A DNA stretch of 64,000 nt from Pseudomonas sp. (GTDB lineage: Bacteria > Pseudomonadota > Gammaproteobacteria > Pseudomonadales > Pseudomonadaceae). The notes below the pieces were generated by a model. It searched no databases, was not told where the DNA came from, and was given only the letters and a program-made list of their open reading frames with translations. Position 1 is the first letter of the stretch. Each line of letters begins with the position of its first letter. Below are positions 34,778-44,582 of the stretch, one piece after another. The position numbers and the translations under genes were made by a program. The stretch lies in the NCBI RefSeq assembly GCF_035497915.1, contig NZ_DATJCS010000012.1, positions 62,068 through 126,067 on the forward strand, in the 5' to 3' direction.

Positions 34778-35482
34778 TCAGCGGCGGGCCAGCGGTGTGC
34801 AGCTGGACAGGTCCACCTCGCCCACATAGGGGTTGGCGTTGCCCTGCACGCAGGCGATCTTGCGGTTGCGCCACTGCTCCCATTCGCTGACCGGGTACTG
34901 GCGGTTCCAGATGTCGTACAGGCGCTGGTCCTGGCGCGACAGGCGCAGTCGGTAGCGATCGCTCATGTACAGGTAGATGCGCGCGATGGTGCCTCGGGTA
35001 TTCTCCGGTGGCATGGCGGTGCGCTGCTTGAAGTCCACCACGAACGGGCAAGCGCCGTACTGGTGCGGCTTCTGGGTGAGCATGCCGAAGCCGAAGTTGC
35101 TGCGATCGCCGTTTACCTCGCCGATGGAAGGCACCAGGTTGTGCAGGTCGGCCTCGGCGCGGCTGAATACCGGGTCGTTGGCGGTGCAGTTCTTGCGCCC
35201 GCCGTCCTGCCAGCACTGGCGCTGGTGGCCGATCACCCAGGCCGGTACCACGTGTTCCCACTCGATGCGCCCGGCACGTTGTGCGTTCTTGCGCGGCTCG
35301 TAACCACAGCTGTCCAGATCGACACGGTTGCCCTTGTAGGTGCAGCCGCAATAGAACTCCACCGGTCGCTCGGCATACAGCTTCCAGGCGATCTTCTTGG
35401 CTTCGACGAAGGTGCGGGGCGCGTCGGCCTGGACGAGATGCACAGGCAGGGCGATGAACAGCAGGGCGAACAGCAGGCGCAT
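34778..35482 (-). CDS. endA: Periplasmic/extracellular endonuclease I
   Basis: Signal peptide, EFYCGC, IEWEHVVPA, EADLHNLVPSIGEVNGDRSN (beta-beta-alpha-Me nuclease). Confidence 0.93.
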   Translation of the reverse strand: MRLLFALLFIALPVHLVQADAPRTFVEAKKIAWKLYAERPVEFYCGCTYKGNRVDLDSCGYEPRKNAQRAGRIEWEHVVPAWVIGHQRQCWQDGGRKNCTANDPVFSRAEADLHNLVPSIGEVNGDRSNFGFGMLTQKPHQYGACPFVVDFKQRTAMPPENTRGTIARIYLYMSDRYRLRLSRQDQRLYDIWNRQYPVSEWEQWRNRKIACVQGNANPYVGEVDLSSCTPLARR

Positions 35483-35657
35483 GGAAACTCTCGACAACAT
35501 GACTGAGAGCGCATCCGTGCGCACGAGGCCGCGATTCTAGCCTGCCGCTGGTCAGCAAGTGCAAGGAATACAAGAGCTTGCGTAGGGGTCCGCCTTGGAG
35601 GGATGCCTGTCTGACGACGTGCTACACGCAAGTACATTGCGGCGGATGCACCGGCCT

Positions 35658-35720
35658 GTAGGAGCGGCTTCAGCCGCGATGCTTTGGAGTGGCGACGATC
35701 GCGGCTGAAGCCGCTCCCAC
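35658..35720. repeat. REP doublet
   Basis: GTAGGAGCGGCTTCAGCCGCGA ... TCGCGGCTGAAGCCGCTCCCAC. Confidence 0.9.
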
Positions 35721-35840
35721 AGAAAAGCGGTTGTGTCCGGCCCGGCCGTGAGGACGCCCGGCGAAACCCCGATCAACGGCTGGTTTACCTAAGTGTTTGT
35801 TCTATTGGCAAAAAAAATTCACTTCCGTTGAAAAATACTG

Positions 35841-35876
35841 TTGACAGGGGATCGGGTCGAACCTAATATGCGCCCC
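35841..35876 (+). promoter_or_regulatory. Stable-RNA sigma70 promoter
   Basis: TTGACA-N17-TAATAT, GC-rich discriminator GCGCCCC, upstream A-tracts (UP element). Confidence 0.88.
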
Positions 35877-35888
35877 GTCCTGACGCAC

Positions 35889-35964
<76 letters not shown>

Positions 35965-35996
35965 AACCTCTCTTGAGGTGCGGTCTTGAAGGTTTC

Positions 35997-36072
35997 GTCC
36001 CCTTCGTCTAGTGGCCTAGGACACCGCCCTTTCACGGCGGTAACAGGGGTTCGAGTCCCCTAGGGGACGCCA
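35997..36072 (+). tRNA. tRNA-Glu(TTC)
   Basis: 76-nt cloverleaf GTCCCCTTCG...CCGCC-CT-TTC-AC-GGCGG...CCA. Confidence 0.97.
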
Positions 36073-36101
36073 TTTTCTTGCCCGTGCATTTTGCGGGAAT
36101 C

Positions 36102-36133
36102 AAGGGTCGCCCATGTGGCGGCCCTTTTGTTTT
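36102..36133 (+). terminator. tRNA operon terminator
   Basis: AAGGGTCGCC/GGCGGCCCTT stem plus T-rich tail. Confidence 0.8.
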
Positions 36134-36326
36134 GTCTCGAGAAAGCACTGTCATGCCGTGCCCGTCAGCGCCTTTCTGGTCGCCACAGGCACGGTGCCGG
36201 TCCAAAGGGGTTGCACGCCTGACCCCGATCCGCTGGCCTTGCTCGGGAAGTATTTGCGATCATGCGCGGGTCGCACGGGTAGATGCCAAGAGCGACCTTT
36301 CCTTTCCGTGTAGCGGGGTGCGTGTC

Positions 36327-36977
36327 ATGAGCCTGACGATGGAAGCGATTTTGCAGGAGGCCCGTCCGGTTCTGCCGGTACTGGTGATCGAGGATGTGGG
36401 CAGCGCCCTTGAGCTGGCCCAGGCGCTGCATGCCGGTGGTGTCCGCGTCCTTGAGGTGACCCTGCGCACGCCGCGCGCGCTGGAGGCGGTGTCGATCATC
36501 CGCCGCGAATTGCCGGATCTGATCGTCGGCGCCGGCACCCTGATCCATGCCGAGCAGTTCCTCGAAGCCCGCGACGCCGGTGCGCAGTTCGCCGTCAGCC
36601 CCGGCTGCACCGAGCGCCTGGCGCTGGCGGCGGAAGACCTGCAGATGCCCTATCTGCCCGGCGTGCTGACGCCCTCGGAAGTGCTGATGGCGCTGGAATT
36701 CGGCTACCGCTCGCTGAAGCTGTTCCCGGCCAACGGCACCGGCAGCGTGAAGATGCTCAAGAGCCTCAAGGGGCCGTTCACCGGTATCCGCTTCTGTCCC
36801 ACCGGCGGCATCAACGTCGACAACCTCGCGACCTTCCTGCGTCTGCCCAACGTGGCCTGCGTCGGCGGCACCTGGATTGCCCCGGCCGATCTGGTCAAGG
36901 CGCGCGCCTGGGACCAGATCACCCAGCTGGCCAGCGAGGCCTGCTCGCTGGCTGCGAGTCTGGATGCACCGCGATGA
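36327..36977 (+). CDS. eda: KHG/KDPG aldolase
   Basis: LEVTLRT, VGAGT, AVSPG, LKLFPA, FCPTGGI. Confidence 0.93.
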   Translation: MSLTMEAILQEARPVLPVLVIEDVGSALELAQALHAGGVRVLEVTLRTPRALEAVSIIRRELPDLIVGAGTLIHAEQFLEARDAGAQFAVSPGCTERLALAAEDLQMPYLPGVLTPSEVLMALEFGYRSLKLFPANGTGSVKMLKSLKGPFTGIRFCPTGGINVDNLATFLRLPNVACVGGTWIAPADLVKARAWDQITQLASEACSLAASLDAPR

Positions 36978-37423
36978 ACTGGGATCTGCCCGATCCCTTC
37001 GCGCTGGAGCTGGACGTGGTCGCGAATGACATCGATGAGCTGGGCCATGCCAACAACGCCGTCTACGTCAGGTGGATGGAGCGCTGTGCCTGGAGCCATT
37101 CGCAGCATCTCGGCCTGGACTTGGCCGCCTACCGGCGACTGGACCGGGCCATGGCCGTGGTGCGCCACGAAGTGGATTACCTGGCCAGTGCCTACCAGGG
37201 CGAGCACCTGTGCATGGGCACCTGGATCGTCGAGTCCGACCACAGGCTGCGGATGCTGCGGCGCTTCCAGCTGATTCGCCCCGCCGACGGCGTCACCCTG
37301 CTGCGCGCGCGGACCACCTTTGCCTGCATCGAGCTGTCCAGCGGCCGCCCGCGCCGCATGCCCCCCGAGTTCGTCGAAGGCTACGGCAAGGCGCTGGTGA
37401 CGGCGCGTCTGGTCGATCGCTGA
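36974..37423 (+). CDS. 4HBT-like acyl-CoA thioesterase
   Basis: DIDELGHANNAVYVRW hot-dog motif. Confidence 0.9.
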   Translation: MNWDLPDPFALELDVVANDIDELGHANNAVYVRWMERCAWSHSQHLGLDLAAYRRLDRAMAVVRHEVDYLASAYQGEHLCMGTWIVESDHRLRMLRRFQLIRPADGVTLLRARTTFACIELSSGRPRRMPPEFVEGYGKALVTARLVDR

Positions 37424-37440
37424 AGGGCGATCCATCCTGC

Positions 37441-37488
37441 GTCGGACAAGGGTCCGACTGGCGGCCAGAAAGGCGCTGACCGCCCTAC
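37441..37488. repeat. GTAG-tailed REP of a long-stem class
   Basis: Reverse complement GTAGGGCGGTCAGCGCCTTTCTGGCCGCC; core also present at 22246-22266 and 36164-36184. Confidence 0.75.
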
Positions 37489-37545
37489 ATCTCGCGCGTT
37501 CATCTCCGTACACTACGCGCCCCTTGCGCTCCACGAGTTATCCCC

Positions 37546-38517
37546 ATGCAAATCGCCCTGGCTCCCATGGAGGGGCTGGTCGACGAACTGATGCGCGACC
37601 TGCTCACCCGGGTGGGTGGCGTCGACTGGTGCGTCACCGAGTTCATTCGCGTCTGCGACCGCCTGCTGCCGGAAAGCCAGTTCCTCAAGCTGGCGCCGGA
37701 GCTGGCGCGCGGTTCGCGCACCGCCGCCGGCACGCCGATGCGCGTGCAGCTGCTGGGCTCCGATCCCGTCTGCCTGGCCGACAATGCCGCCTTCGCCTGT
37801 GAGCTGGGCGCGCCGGTGATTGACCTGAACTTCGGCTGCCCGGCCAAGACGGTCAACAAATCGCGCGGCGGGGCGGTGTTGCTCAAGGAGCCGGAGCTGC
37901 TCTATCGCATCCTCGATGAGGTGCGCCGCGCGGTGCCGGCCGCGATTCCGGTCACCGCCAAGATGCGCCTGGGCGTCGACAGTCCGGACGGTGCGCTGGA
38001 TTGCGCCCGCGCGCTGGTCGAAGGGGGCGCGGGGCAGTTGGTGGTGCATGCGCGGACCAAGGCGCAGGGCTACCGGCCGCCGGCGCACTGGGAGTGGGTT
38101 GCGCGGGTGCAGGAGGTGGTGCGCGTGCCGGTGTTCGCCAATGGCGAAATCTGGACGCTGGAGGACTGGCGGCGCTGCCGGGAAGTCAGTGGCGTGCAGG
38201 ACGTGATGCTTGGTCGCGGCCTGGTGGCGCGCCCCGACCTGGCGCGGCAAATTGCTGCCGCCCGCGCCGGCGAGCCCGTCGCGCCCATGGGCTGGTTTGA
38301 ATTGCTGCCCCTGTTGCGCGAGTTCTGGCAGCGCTCGCGCAGCCGCCTGGCGCCACGCTACGCGCCGGGTCGTCTCAAACAGTGGCTCGGCATGCTGGCC
38401 CGTGGCTATCCGGAGGCCATCACCTTGTTCGAGCGGATTCGCCGGGAACAGGACTGCGACCGCATCGAAGCGCTGTTGCGTGCGGAAGGCGAGGAAGCGC
38501 TCCTGCGGGCCGGCTGA
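37546..38517 (+). CDS. dusC: tRNA-dihydrouridine synthase, DusC type
   Basis: [36 protein letters not shown]. Confidence 0.9.
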   Translation: MQIALAPMEGLVDELMRDLLTRVGGVDWCVTEFIRVCDRLLPESQFLKLAPELARGSRTAAGTPMRVQLLGSDPVCLADNAAFACELGAPVIDLNFGCPAKTVNKSRGGAVLLKEPELLYRILDEVRRAVPAAIPVTAKMRLGVDSPDGALDCARALVEGGAGQLVVHARTKAQGYRPPAHWEWVARVQEVVRVPVFANGEIWTLEDWRRCREVSGVQDVMLGRGLVARPDLARQIAAARAGEPVAPMGWFELLPLLREFWQRSRSRLAPRYAPGRLKQWLGMLARGYPEAITLFERIRREQDCDRIEALLRAEGEEALLRAG

Positions 38518-38695
38518 CTTGCCGCTGCGCTGTACACGACTATCGTGACAAAACGGTTACGACGCAGGTTCGCTGGTCGCATGGATGCACTCGGGTTGTC
38601 GTGTGCGGGAGGAACGTCGTGCCGGCAAGCCGGAGGCGTGGGTGCCGCACCGGGATTTTCTGCTTGCGGATAACCCGCGTTGCCTGGAAGCCCGT

Positions 38696-40360
38696 ATGCC
38701 CGTTCTCAAGCCTCTCCTGCTGCTCGCCTATCTCGTTTCCGGTCACCGCTACTACATGGCGCGCCTGGCCGAACTGGAAGGCACCGCTGCCACCGTCATG
38801 TTCCTCGGGCTGTTCGCCCTGCTGGTCGTCTGCCTGTTCCTGGCGGCCTACAGCCGGCAGGCGCTTCTGCGCTGGGGCTACGCGCTGGCGCTGTTCGGCG
38901 CCGCGGCGTTCTTCGATGCCTACCATCGCGTCACGGTCGACTACCTGACCTATCCGCAGTTCGTTTCGCTGCTGCATTCCCATGCCTTCATCGACGAGGC
39001 CTACCACCAGTTTCGCGACAGCATCCTGCACGCCACGGCAATCGGTCTGCTGCTGCTGTTCGGTATCGGCCTGAAGCCGGTTGCCGCGCCAGTGTCGGGC
39101 TGGGTGGCCGGCGCCGCGCCCTGGGTCGGCCTGCTGCTGCTGGCCAGCGTGCTGTTCGTGCGCGCCGGCGCGGGCGCGCGCGGCCTGCCGGTGATGTACA
39201 CGCCGCTGGCCTATCTGGGCCTGTATGGCTACGAAGCGCTGAGCGACACCGTGGGCGAGCGCCAGCCGGTCACGCTGCCGCGTGGCGAGCGGATCATCGA
39301 TCACGACATCGTGCTGATCATCGATGAGAGCGTGTCCGGGCATTACCTGGACATCAATCACCCGCAGGGCGTGCCCAGCGGCCTGACCGCCCTGCCGGCC
39401 GGGGTGAGCCTGTTCAACTACGGTTATGCTGCCTCGATCGCCAACTGCAGCGCCGACACCAACGTCACCCTGCGCTATGGCGGCACCCGCGACGATTATC
39501 TGCGCATCAATTCGACCATGCCGTCCATCTGGCAATACGCCCGGCAGGCCGGCCTGCGCACGGTCTACATCGATGCCCAGCGCACCCATGGCGCCCTGCA
39601 GAACCTGATGACCAAGGACGAGGTGCTGGAGCTGGATGCCTTCATCCAGTACGACGATGTGCGGGTGCGCGACCGCGACATGGCGGTGGCGGACAGCCTG
39701 ATCGAGCTGCTCGGCAATGATCAGCCCGAGCTGATTCTGGTCAACAAGATGGGCGCGCACTTCCCGGTGCACGACAAGTTTCCGGACGAATTCCTGCGCT
39801 ACCAGCCGGCGCTGCCGCGCGGTCGCTACCTGGACATCGGCGACACCGGCGAGCGGGACGGCTTCAATGGCACGGCCGAGGACTGGATCCGCTACCGCAA
39901 CTCCTACCGCAACACCCTGTTGTGGAATGTCGGGGAATTCTTCACCCGCCTGCTGGCGCACGCCGACCTGAGCCGCGCCGTGGTGCTGTACACCTCGGAC
40001 CACGGCCAGGACCTGCATGAGCGCGGCAATCCCGGGCTGAACACCCACTGTGGTGGCGACCCGGTGGTGGAGGAGGGCCTGGTGCCACTGATCGTCCTGC
40101 AGGGCGGCAACCTGGCGACCCTCGACTGGCAGGCCGAGCTAGATGCCAATCGCAACAACTCCAGCCACTACAACCTGTTCCCGACCCTGCTGGAGCTGCT
40201 TGGCTACCAACGCGAGGCGATACGAGCGACTTATGGCGCCTCGCTGAGCCAGCGCAGCGATGACGAGTTCACCTTCAACACCCGCTTCAATGCCCGGCTG
40301 GGTGCCGAGCCCGCCTGGAAGCGCATCGAGCTCGACGACGTGGTGTCGCCGGACCTGTGA
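38696..40360 (+). CDS. Membrane-anchored sulfatase-like (alkaline phosphatase superfamily) hydrolase/transferase, pEtN/phosphoglycerol-transferase architecture
   Basis: About 5 N-terminal TM helices, then metal-ligand motifs IIDESV, KMGAHFP, YTSDHGQD. Confidence 0.8.
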   Translation: MPVLKPLLLLAYLVSGHRYYMARLAELEGTAATVMFLGLFALLVVCLFLAAYSRQALLRWGYALALFGAAAFFDAYHRVTVDYLTYPQFVSLLHSHAFIDEAYHQFRDSILHATAIGLLLLFGIGLKPVAAPVSGWVAGAAPWVGLLLLASVLFVRAGAGARGLPVMYTPLAYLGLYGYEALSDTVGERQPVTLPRGERIIDHDIVLIIDESVSGHYLDINHPQGVPSGLTALPAGVSLFNYGYAASIANCSADTNVTLRYGGTRDDYLRINSTMPSIWQYARQAGLRTVYIDAQRTHGALQNLMTKDEVLELDAFIQYDDVRVRDRDMAVADSLIELLGNDQPELILVNKMGAHFPVHDKFPDEFLRYQPALPRGRYLDIGDTGERDGFNGTAEDWIRYRNSYRNTLLWNVGEFFTRLLAHADLSRAVVLYTSDHGQDLHERGNPGLNTHCGGDPVVEEGLVPLIVLQGGNLATLDWQAELDANRNNSSHYNLFPTLLELLGYQREAIRATYGASLSQRSDDEFTFNTRFNARLGAEPAWKRIELDDVVSPDL

Positions 40361-40385
40361 CCCGACCCCGCTTTTGGCTTTTTTT

Positions 40386-40454
40386 GTAGGAGCGGACTTG
40401 TCCGCGAGCTCTTTCGTGCAATCCCCAAGAGCTCGCGAATGAATTCGCTCCCAC
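40386..40454. repeat. REP doublet
   Basis: GTAGGAGCGGACTTGTCCGCGA ... TCGCGAATGAATTCGCTCCCAC. Confidence 0.9.
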
Positions 40455-40576
40455 GGGTGCGCTGGCCTTCGCCCTGGCAGTCGCCTTTGCCGTCGAGCGG
40501 CAAGCGGGTGCCGCCCGGCGTGTTGCTGCCTTCGATATCGTTGCGCAAGTGCCTGAAATCAAAGGGATTGTGTAGC

Positions 40577-40592
40577 TGGCACAGTGCTTGCT
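40577..40592 (+). promoter_or_regulatory. sigma54 promoter of flgB
   Basis: TGGCAC-AGTGC-TTGCT. Confidence 0.85.
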
Positions 40593-40654
40593 TTCCTTCT
40601 GGCAGGCAAGGCGCCCGGCAACGGCGCCCGGCAAACGATTCGAGGGAAAGGCAC

Positions 40655-41056
40655 ATGGCTATCAGTTTCGACAAGGCGCTGGGGATCCACGAGAAGGCTC
40701 TGAACTTCCGCGCGCAGCGTGCCGAGGTGCTGGCGAACAACATCGCCAACGCCGACACGCCGCACTACAAGGCGCGCGACCTGGAGTTCTCCAGCGTGCT
40801 GGCCAGCCAGACCAACAAGAGCGGCACCTTCAACCTGAACCGCACCAGCGCCCGCCACATCGAGGGCGAGGGCGTGTCGTTCAGCGCCGAGTCGCTGCAG
40901 TACCGCACCCCGCATCACCCGTCCATCGATGGCAACACCGTGGACGCCCAGGTCGAACAGGCTGCGTACACCAAGAACGCGGTGGACTTCCAGGCCAGCT
41001 TCACCTTCCTCAACAGCAAGTTCAAAGGCCTGATGTCGGCCATCAAGGGGGAATAA
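40655..41056 (+). CDS. flgB: Flagellar rod protein FlgB
   Basis: LANNIANADTPHYKARD, DGNTVD. Confidence 0.96.
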   Translation: MAISFDKALGIHEKALNFRAQRAEVLANNIANADTPHYKARDLEFSSVLASQTNKSGTFNLNRTSARHIEGEGVSFSAESLQYRTPHHPSIDGNTVDAQVEQAAYTKNAVDFQASFTFLNSKFKGLMSAIKGE

Positions 41057-41059
41057 GCC

Positions 41060-41503
41060 ATGTCGCTGACCAACGTATTCAACATCGCCGGTAGCGGCAT
41101 GAGCGCCCAGAGCACCCGCCTGAACACCGTGGCGAGCAACATCGCCAACGCCGAAACCGTGTCCTCCAGCCTGGAAGAGACCTACCGCGCCCGCAAGCCG
41201 GTGTTCGCCACCATGCTGCAGCAGCAGGTCAATCCGGCCGGTCAGTCGCTGTTCGCCGAGCAGGACGCCGCCGGTTACGGCGTGCGCGTCGCCGGCATCG
41301 TCGAAGACCAGGCCGAGCTGCAGGCCCGCTACGAGCCGACCCATCCGGCGGCGGACAAGGACGGCTACGTCTACTACCCGAACGTCAACGTGGTCGAGGA
41401 AATGGCCGACATGATCGCCGCCAGCCGCGCCTTCCAGACCAACACCGAAATGATGAATACCGCCAAAACCATGCTGCAGAAGGTGCTGACCCTCGGTCAG
41501 TAA
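41060..41503 (+). CDS. flgC: Flagellar rod protein FlgC
   Basis: ASNIANAE, YEPTHPAAD, PNVNVVEEMADM. Confidence 0.96.
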   Translation: MSLTNVFNIAGSGMSAQSTRLNTVASNIANAETVSSSLEETYRARKPVFATMLQQQVNPAGQSLFAEQDAAGYGVRVAGIVEDQAELQARYEPTHPAADKDGYVYYPNVNVVEEMADMIAASRAFQTNTEMMNTAKTMLQKVLTLGQ

Positions 41504-41515
41504 AGGTGAAGGATC

Positions 41516-42193
41516 ATGAGCACGATCAATACCAATACATCCCAGTCGATTCTTGACCAGTACCAGGTCAAGCAGAAGCCGAACACCACGGGCGACGCCG
41601 CCCTGGGCAAGGATTCCTTCCTGCAGCTGCTGGTTGCCCAGATGGAAAACCAGAACCCGCTGGACCCGCAGGACAACACCCAGTTCGTTGCCCAGCTCGC
41701 GCAATTCTCCAGCCTGGAAAGCATGAACAACCTGAACTCGACGGTGGAGTCCTTCATGGGCAGCTACCAGTCGTCCCAGGCGCTGCAGGCCTCCTCGCTG
41801 GTCGGTCGCTCGGTCATCGTGCAGACCGGCAAGGCGCTGGTGGACACCAGCAAGAGCATGACCGGCAACGTGATGATGCCGGCCGATGGCAGCAACCTGA
41901 ACGTGAAGATCTACGACGACAAGGGTGCTCTGGTGAAGACCATGCCCATGGGGGACTGGAGCGCCGGTACCGTCGACTTCATCTGGGATGGCGTCAACGA
42001 CAAGAACGAGAAGGTCGAGTCCGGCAACTACACCTTCGTCGCCGAAGCGCAGATCGATGGTGAGGCGGTCGCGCTGCCCACCTACCTGCCCGCCACCGTC
42101 AACAGCGTCACCCTGGCGGGTGGCGAAATGCATCTGAACCTGGCTGGCATGGGGCGTCTGCCGCTCTCCAGCGTACTGACCATCGGCCAATAA
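41516..42193 (+). CDS. flgD: Hook cap FlgD
   Basis: FLQLLVAQMENQNPLDP, QLAQFS. Confidence 0.96.
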   Translation: MSTINTNTSQSILDQYQVKQKPNTTGDAALGKDSFLQLLVAQMENQNPLDPQDNTQFVAQLAQFSSLESMNNLNSTVESFMGSYQSSQALQASSLVGRSVIVQTGKALVDTSKSMTGNVMMPADGSNLNVKIYDDKGALVKTMPMGDWSAGTVDFIWDGVNDKNEKVESGNYTFVAEAQIDGEAVALPTYLPATVNSVTLAGGEMHLNLAGMGRLPLSSVLTIGQ

Positions 42194-42217
42194 CCGGTTT
42201 CTGAAAGGAGTTTCACC

Positions 42218-43555
42218 ATGTCGTTCAACGTCGCTCTGAGCGGTCTGGCTGCGGCCAACAAGGACCTCGCCGTTACCGGCAACAACATCGCCAACGTCGC
42301 CACCACCGGCTTCAAGGGTTCGCGCGCCGAATTCGCCGACGTCTACTCGGCCTCCATCCTCGGTACCGGCGGCAAGGTCGCCGGCGCCGGCGTGCGCACC
42401 GCCGCCATCTCCCAGCAGTTTACCCAGGGCAACATCAACCACACCGGCAACAGCCTGGACCTGGCGATCAACGGCAACGGTTTCTTCGCGATGAGCGCGC
42501 AGGGCCAGATGATGTACACCCGTGCCGGCGAGTTTGGTACCGACAAGGACGGCTATATCCAGAACAGTTCCGGCTTCCGTCTGCAGGGCTTCCCGGTGGG
42601 TGCGGGCGGGCAGATTCTGCAGGGCAAGAAGGTCGACCTGCAGGTGGACACCTCCAGCGTGTCACCCAAGGCTACCAGCCTGATCAACGAGACCATCAAC
42701 CTGGACTCGACTGCGTCGATCATTCCGGCGGCCCCAGGTTTCGATTCCAGCGACCCGGAGACCTTCAATTGGTCGACCTCGGTGCCGGTGTACGACTCGC
42801 TGGGCAACTCGCACACCATGACCCACTACTTCTCGAGGCGGCAGGAGGTATTGCCGGCCACGGGAACCTATTGGGAGATGTACACGCTGATCGATGGGCT
42901 CGATCCGTTGGACCCGACCAGCAACGTGCCGACGCCGGAGCGTTTGGAATTCGATACCTACGGCCGCCTGACCATGCCGGCTGCGGGTGAGTTCACTATC
43001 CCGATGGGCGATCCTACTGCGACGCCTCCTGTCGTTGGCTGGGTTCCGCAGCAAATCACCGATGCCACCACCAACCCGCCGACCGCCGTGGCCAACGGTG
43101 CCGTGGCCAACCCGACCGGTGTCACCGTCAGCTTTGCCGACATGACCCAGTTCAACGCCGTCTCAGCCGTCACCAGCCAGAAGCAGGACGGTTACGCCAC
43201 CGGCCAGTTGTCCGGACTGAACATCGACGAAAACGGCAATATGTTTGCCGCCTTCACCAACGGCGAGTCCAAGCTGATCGGCCAGGTGATGCTGGTGAAC
43301 TTCTCCAACCCGCAGGGCCTCAAGCCGGTCGGCGGCACCGCCTGGGTGGAAACCTACGCCTCGGGCGTGCCGATCGAGGGCATGGCCAAGAGCGGTACCT
43401 TCGGTGCCATCCAGGCCGGCGCGCTGGAAGAATCCAACGTCGACCTGACCGCGCAGCTGGTGCAACTGATCAAGGCGCAGAGTAACTACCAGGCCAACGC
43501 CAAGACGGTGACCACGCAAACCACCGTCATGCAGACCACCATCAACATGACCTGA
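42218..43555 (+). CDS. flgE: Hook protein FlgE
   Basis: GNNIANVATTGFK, YTRAGEF, LEESNVDL. Confidence 0.96.
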   Translation: MSFNVALSGLAAANKDLAVTGNNIANVATTGFKGSRAEFADVYSASILGTGGKVAGAGVRTAAISQQFTQGNINHTGNSLDLAINGNGFFAMSAQGQMMYTRAGEFGTDKDGYIQNSSGFRLQGFPVGAGGQILQGKKVDLQVDTSSVSPKATSLINETINLDSTASIIPAAPGFDSSDPETFNWSTSVPVYDSLGNSHTMTHYFSRRQEVLPATGTYWEMYTLIDGLDPLDPTSNVPTPERLEFDTYGRLTMPAAGEFTIPMGDPTATPPVVGWVPQQITDATTNPPTAVANGAVANPTGVTVSFADMTQFNAVSAVTSQKQDGYATGQLSGLNIDENGNMFAAFTNGESKLIGQVMLVNFSNPQGLKPVGGTAWVETYASGVPIEGMAKSGTFGAIQAGALEESNVDLTAQLVQLIKAQSNYQANAKTVTTQTTVMQTTINMT

Positions 43556-43571
43556 TGGTTGGGTAAATGAG

Positions 43572-43604
43572 AAAACGGGAGCCTGCGGGCTCCCGTTTTT
43601 GTTT
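43572..43604 (+). terminator. Terminator after flgE
   Basis: AAAACGGGAGCC/GGCTCCCGTTTT plus T-run. Confidence 0.85.
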
Positions 43605-43642
43605 GCGAATTTCGAAAAGTGGAGGGGAGGTTGCGGCCTCTT

Positions 43643-43716
43643 GTAGGGCCGGGAGCCGAATGCCCACGCTTCGGCTGCGTTGCCCTTTGCGTCGGCCGGG
43701 ATAAACCCGGCCCCAC
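43643..43716. repeat. REP doublet (GTAGGGCCGGG class)
   Basis: GTAGGGCCGGG ... GGCCGGGATAAACCCGGCCCCAC. Confidence 0.8.
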
Positions 43717-43735
43717 AGGTTTCGCGGTTTTAGTT

Positions 43736-43751
43736 TGGCACGATGCTTGCT
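43736..43751 (+). promoter_or_regulatory. sigma54 promoter of flgF
   Basis: TGGCAC-GATGC-TTGCT. Confidence 0.85.
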
Positions 43752-43802
43752 CCTCCTCTGGCAAGGCCCGCAAGGGCGGCAAGAACCTGCCGGAGGATTG
43801 AA

Positions 43803-44540
43803 GTGGACAAGATGCTGTATGTGGCAATGACCGGTGCCAGCCAGAACACTCTGGCGCTGCAGTCGCATGCCAACAATCTGGCCAACGTTTCCACCCACGG
43901 TTTTCGTCGCGACTTCGAGCAGGCGCGCTCCATGCCGGTGTTCGGCGATAGCCTGCCGGCGCGCGCCTATGCCATGAGCGAGCGTCCGGGTACCGACTTC
44001 ACCCCCGGCGCACTGCAGGAAACCGGTCGCGAGCTGGATATCGCCATCGAGGGTGACGGTTGGATCGCCGTGCAGACCCCGCTGGGCGAGGAAGCCTACG
44101 TGCGCACCGCCAGCCTGAAGATCGATGCCGTGGGCATCCTGCGCGCCGGCAACGATTTGCCGGTGATTGGCAATGCCGGCCCGGTGGTGATTCCGCCGGA
44201 GCAGAAGGTCGAGATCGGCCGTGACGGCACCATCAGCGTCCGCGCGCTCGGCGAGAACCCCAACGTGATGGCCGTGGTGGACCGCGTGAAGCTGGTCAAC
44301 CCGGACCCTGCGAACCTGGAAAAGGGTCTCGACGGCCTGATCCACCACACCGGCGGCCCCATCGAGGCCGACGCCAATGTCCAGCTGGTTTCCGGCTTCG
44401 TGGAAACCAGCAACGTGAATGCCGTGGCCGAGATGACTTCCATCCTGGCCCTGTCCCGCCAGTTCGAACTGCAAGTGAAGTTGATGCGCACCGCCGAGGA
44501 TGATGCCGCGGCGATGACCAAGGTCATGCAGATCGGTTGA
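43803..44540 (+). CDS. flgF: Flagellar rod protein FlgF
   Basis: MDKMLYVAM (GTG start), [24 protein letters not shown]. Confidence 0.95.
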   Translation: MDKMLYVAMTGASQNTLALQSHANNLANVSTHGFRRDFEQARSMPVFGDSLPARAYAMSERPGTDFTPGALQETGRELDIAIEGDGWIAVQTPLGEEAYVRTASLKIDAVGILRAGNDLPVIGNAGPVVIPPEQKVEIGRDGTISVRALGENPNVMAVVDRVKLVNPDPANLEKGLDGLIHHTGGPIEADANVQLVSGFVETSNVNAVAEMTSILALSRQFELQVKLMRTAEDDAAAMTKVMQIG

Positions 44541-44582
44541 TTCGAGACGGCGCCAGGCGGCGCCGCATGAAGGAGATTTCCA

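Noticed and set aside
40610-40654. GGCGCCCGGCAA x2 and GGCAAAC in the flgB leader as a possible c-di-GMP-I riboswitch
   Set aside because: Lacks the paired GNRA tetraloop/receptor stems and is too short; the 12-bp repeat alone is plausible by chance or slippage in GC-rich DNA.
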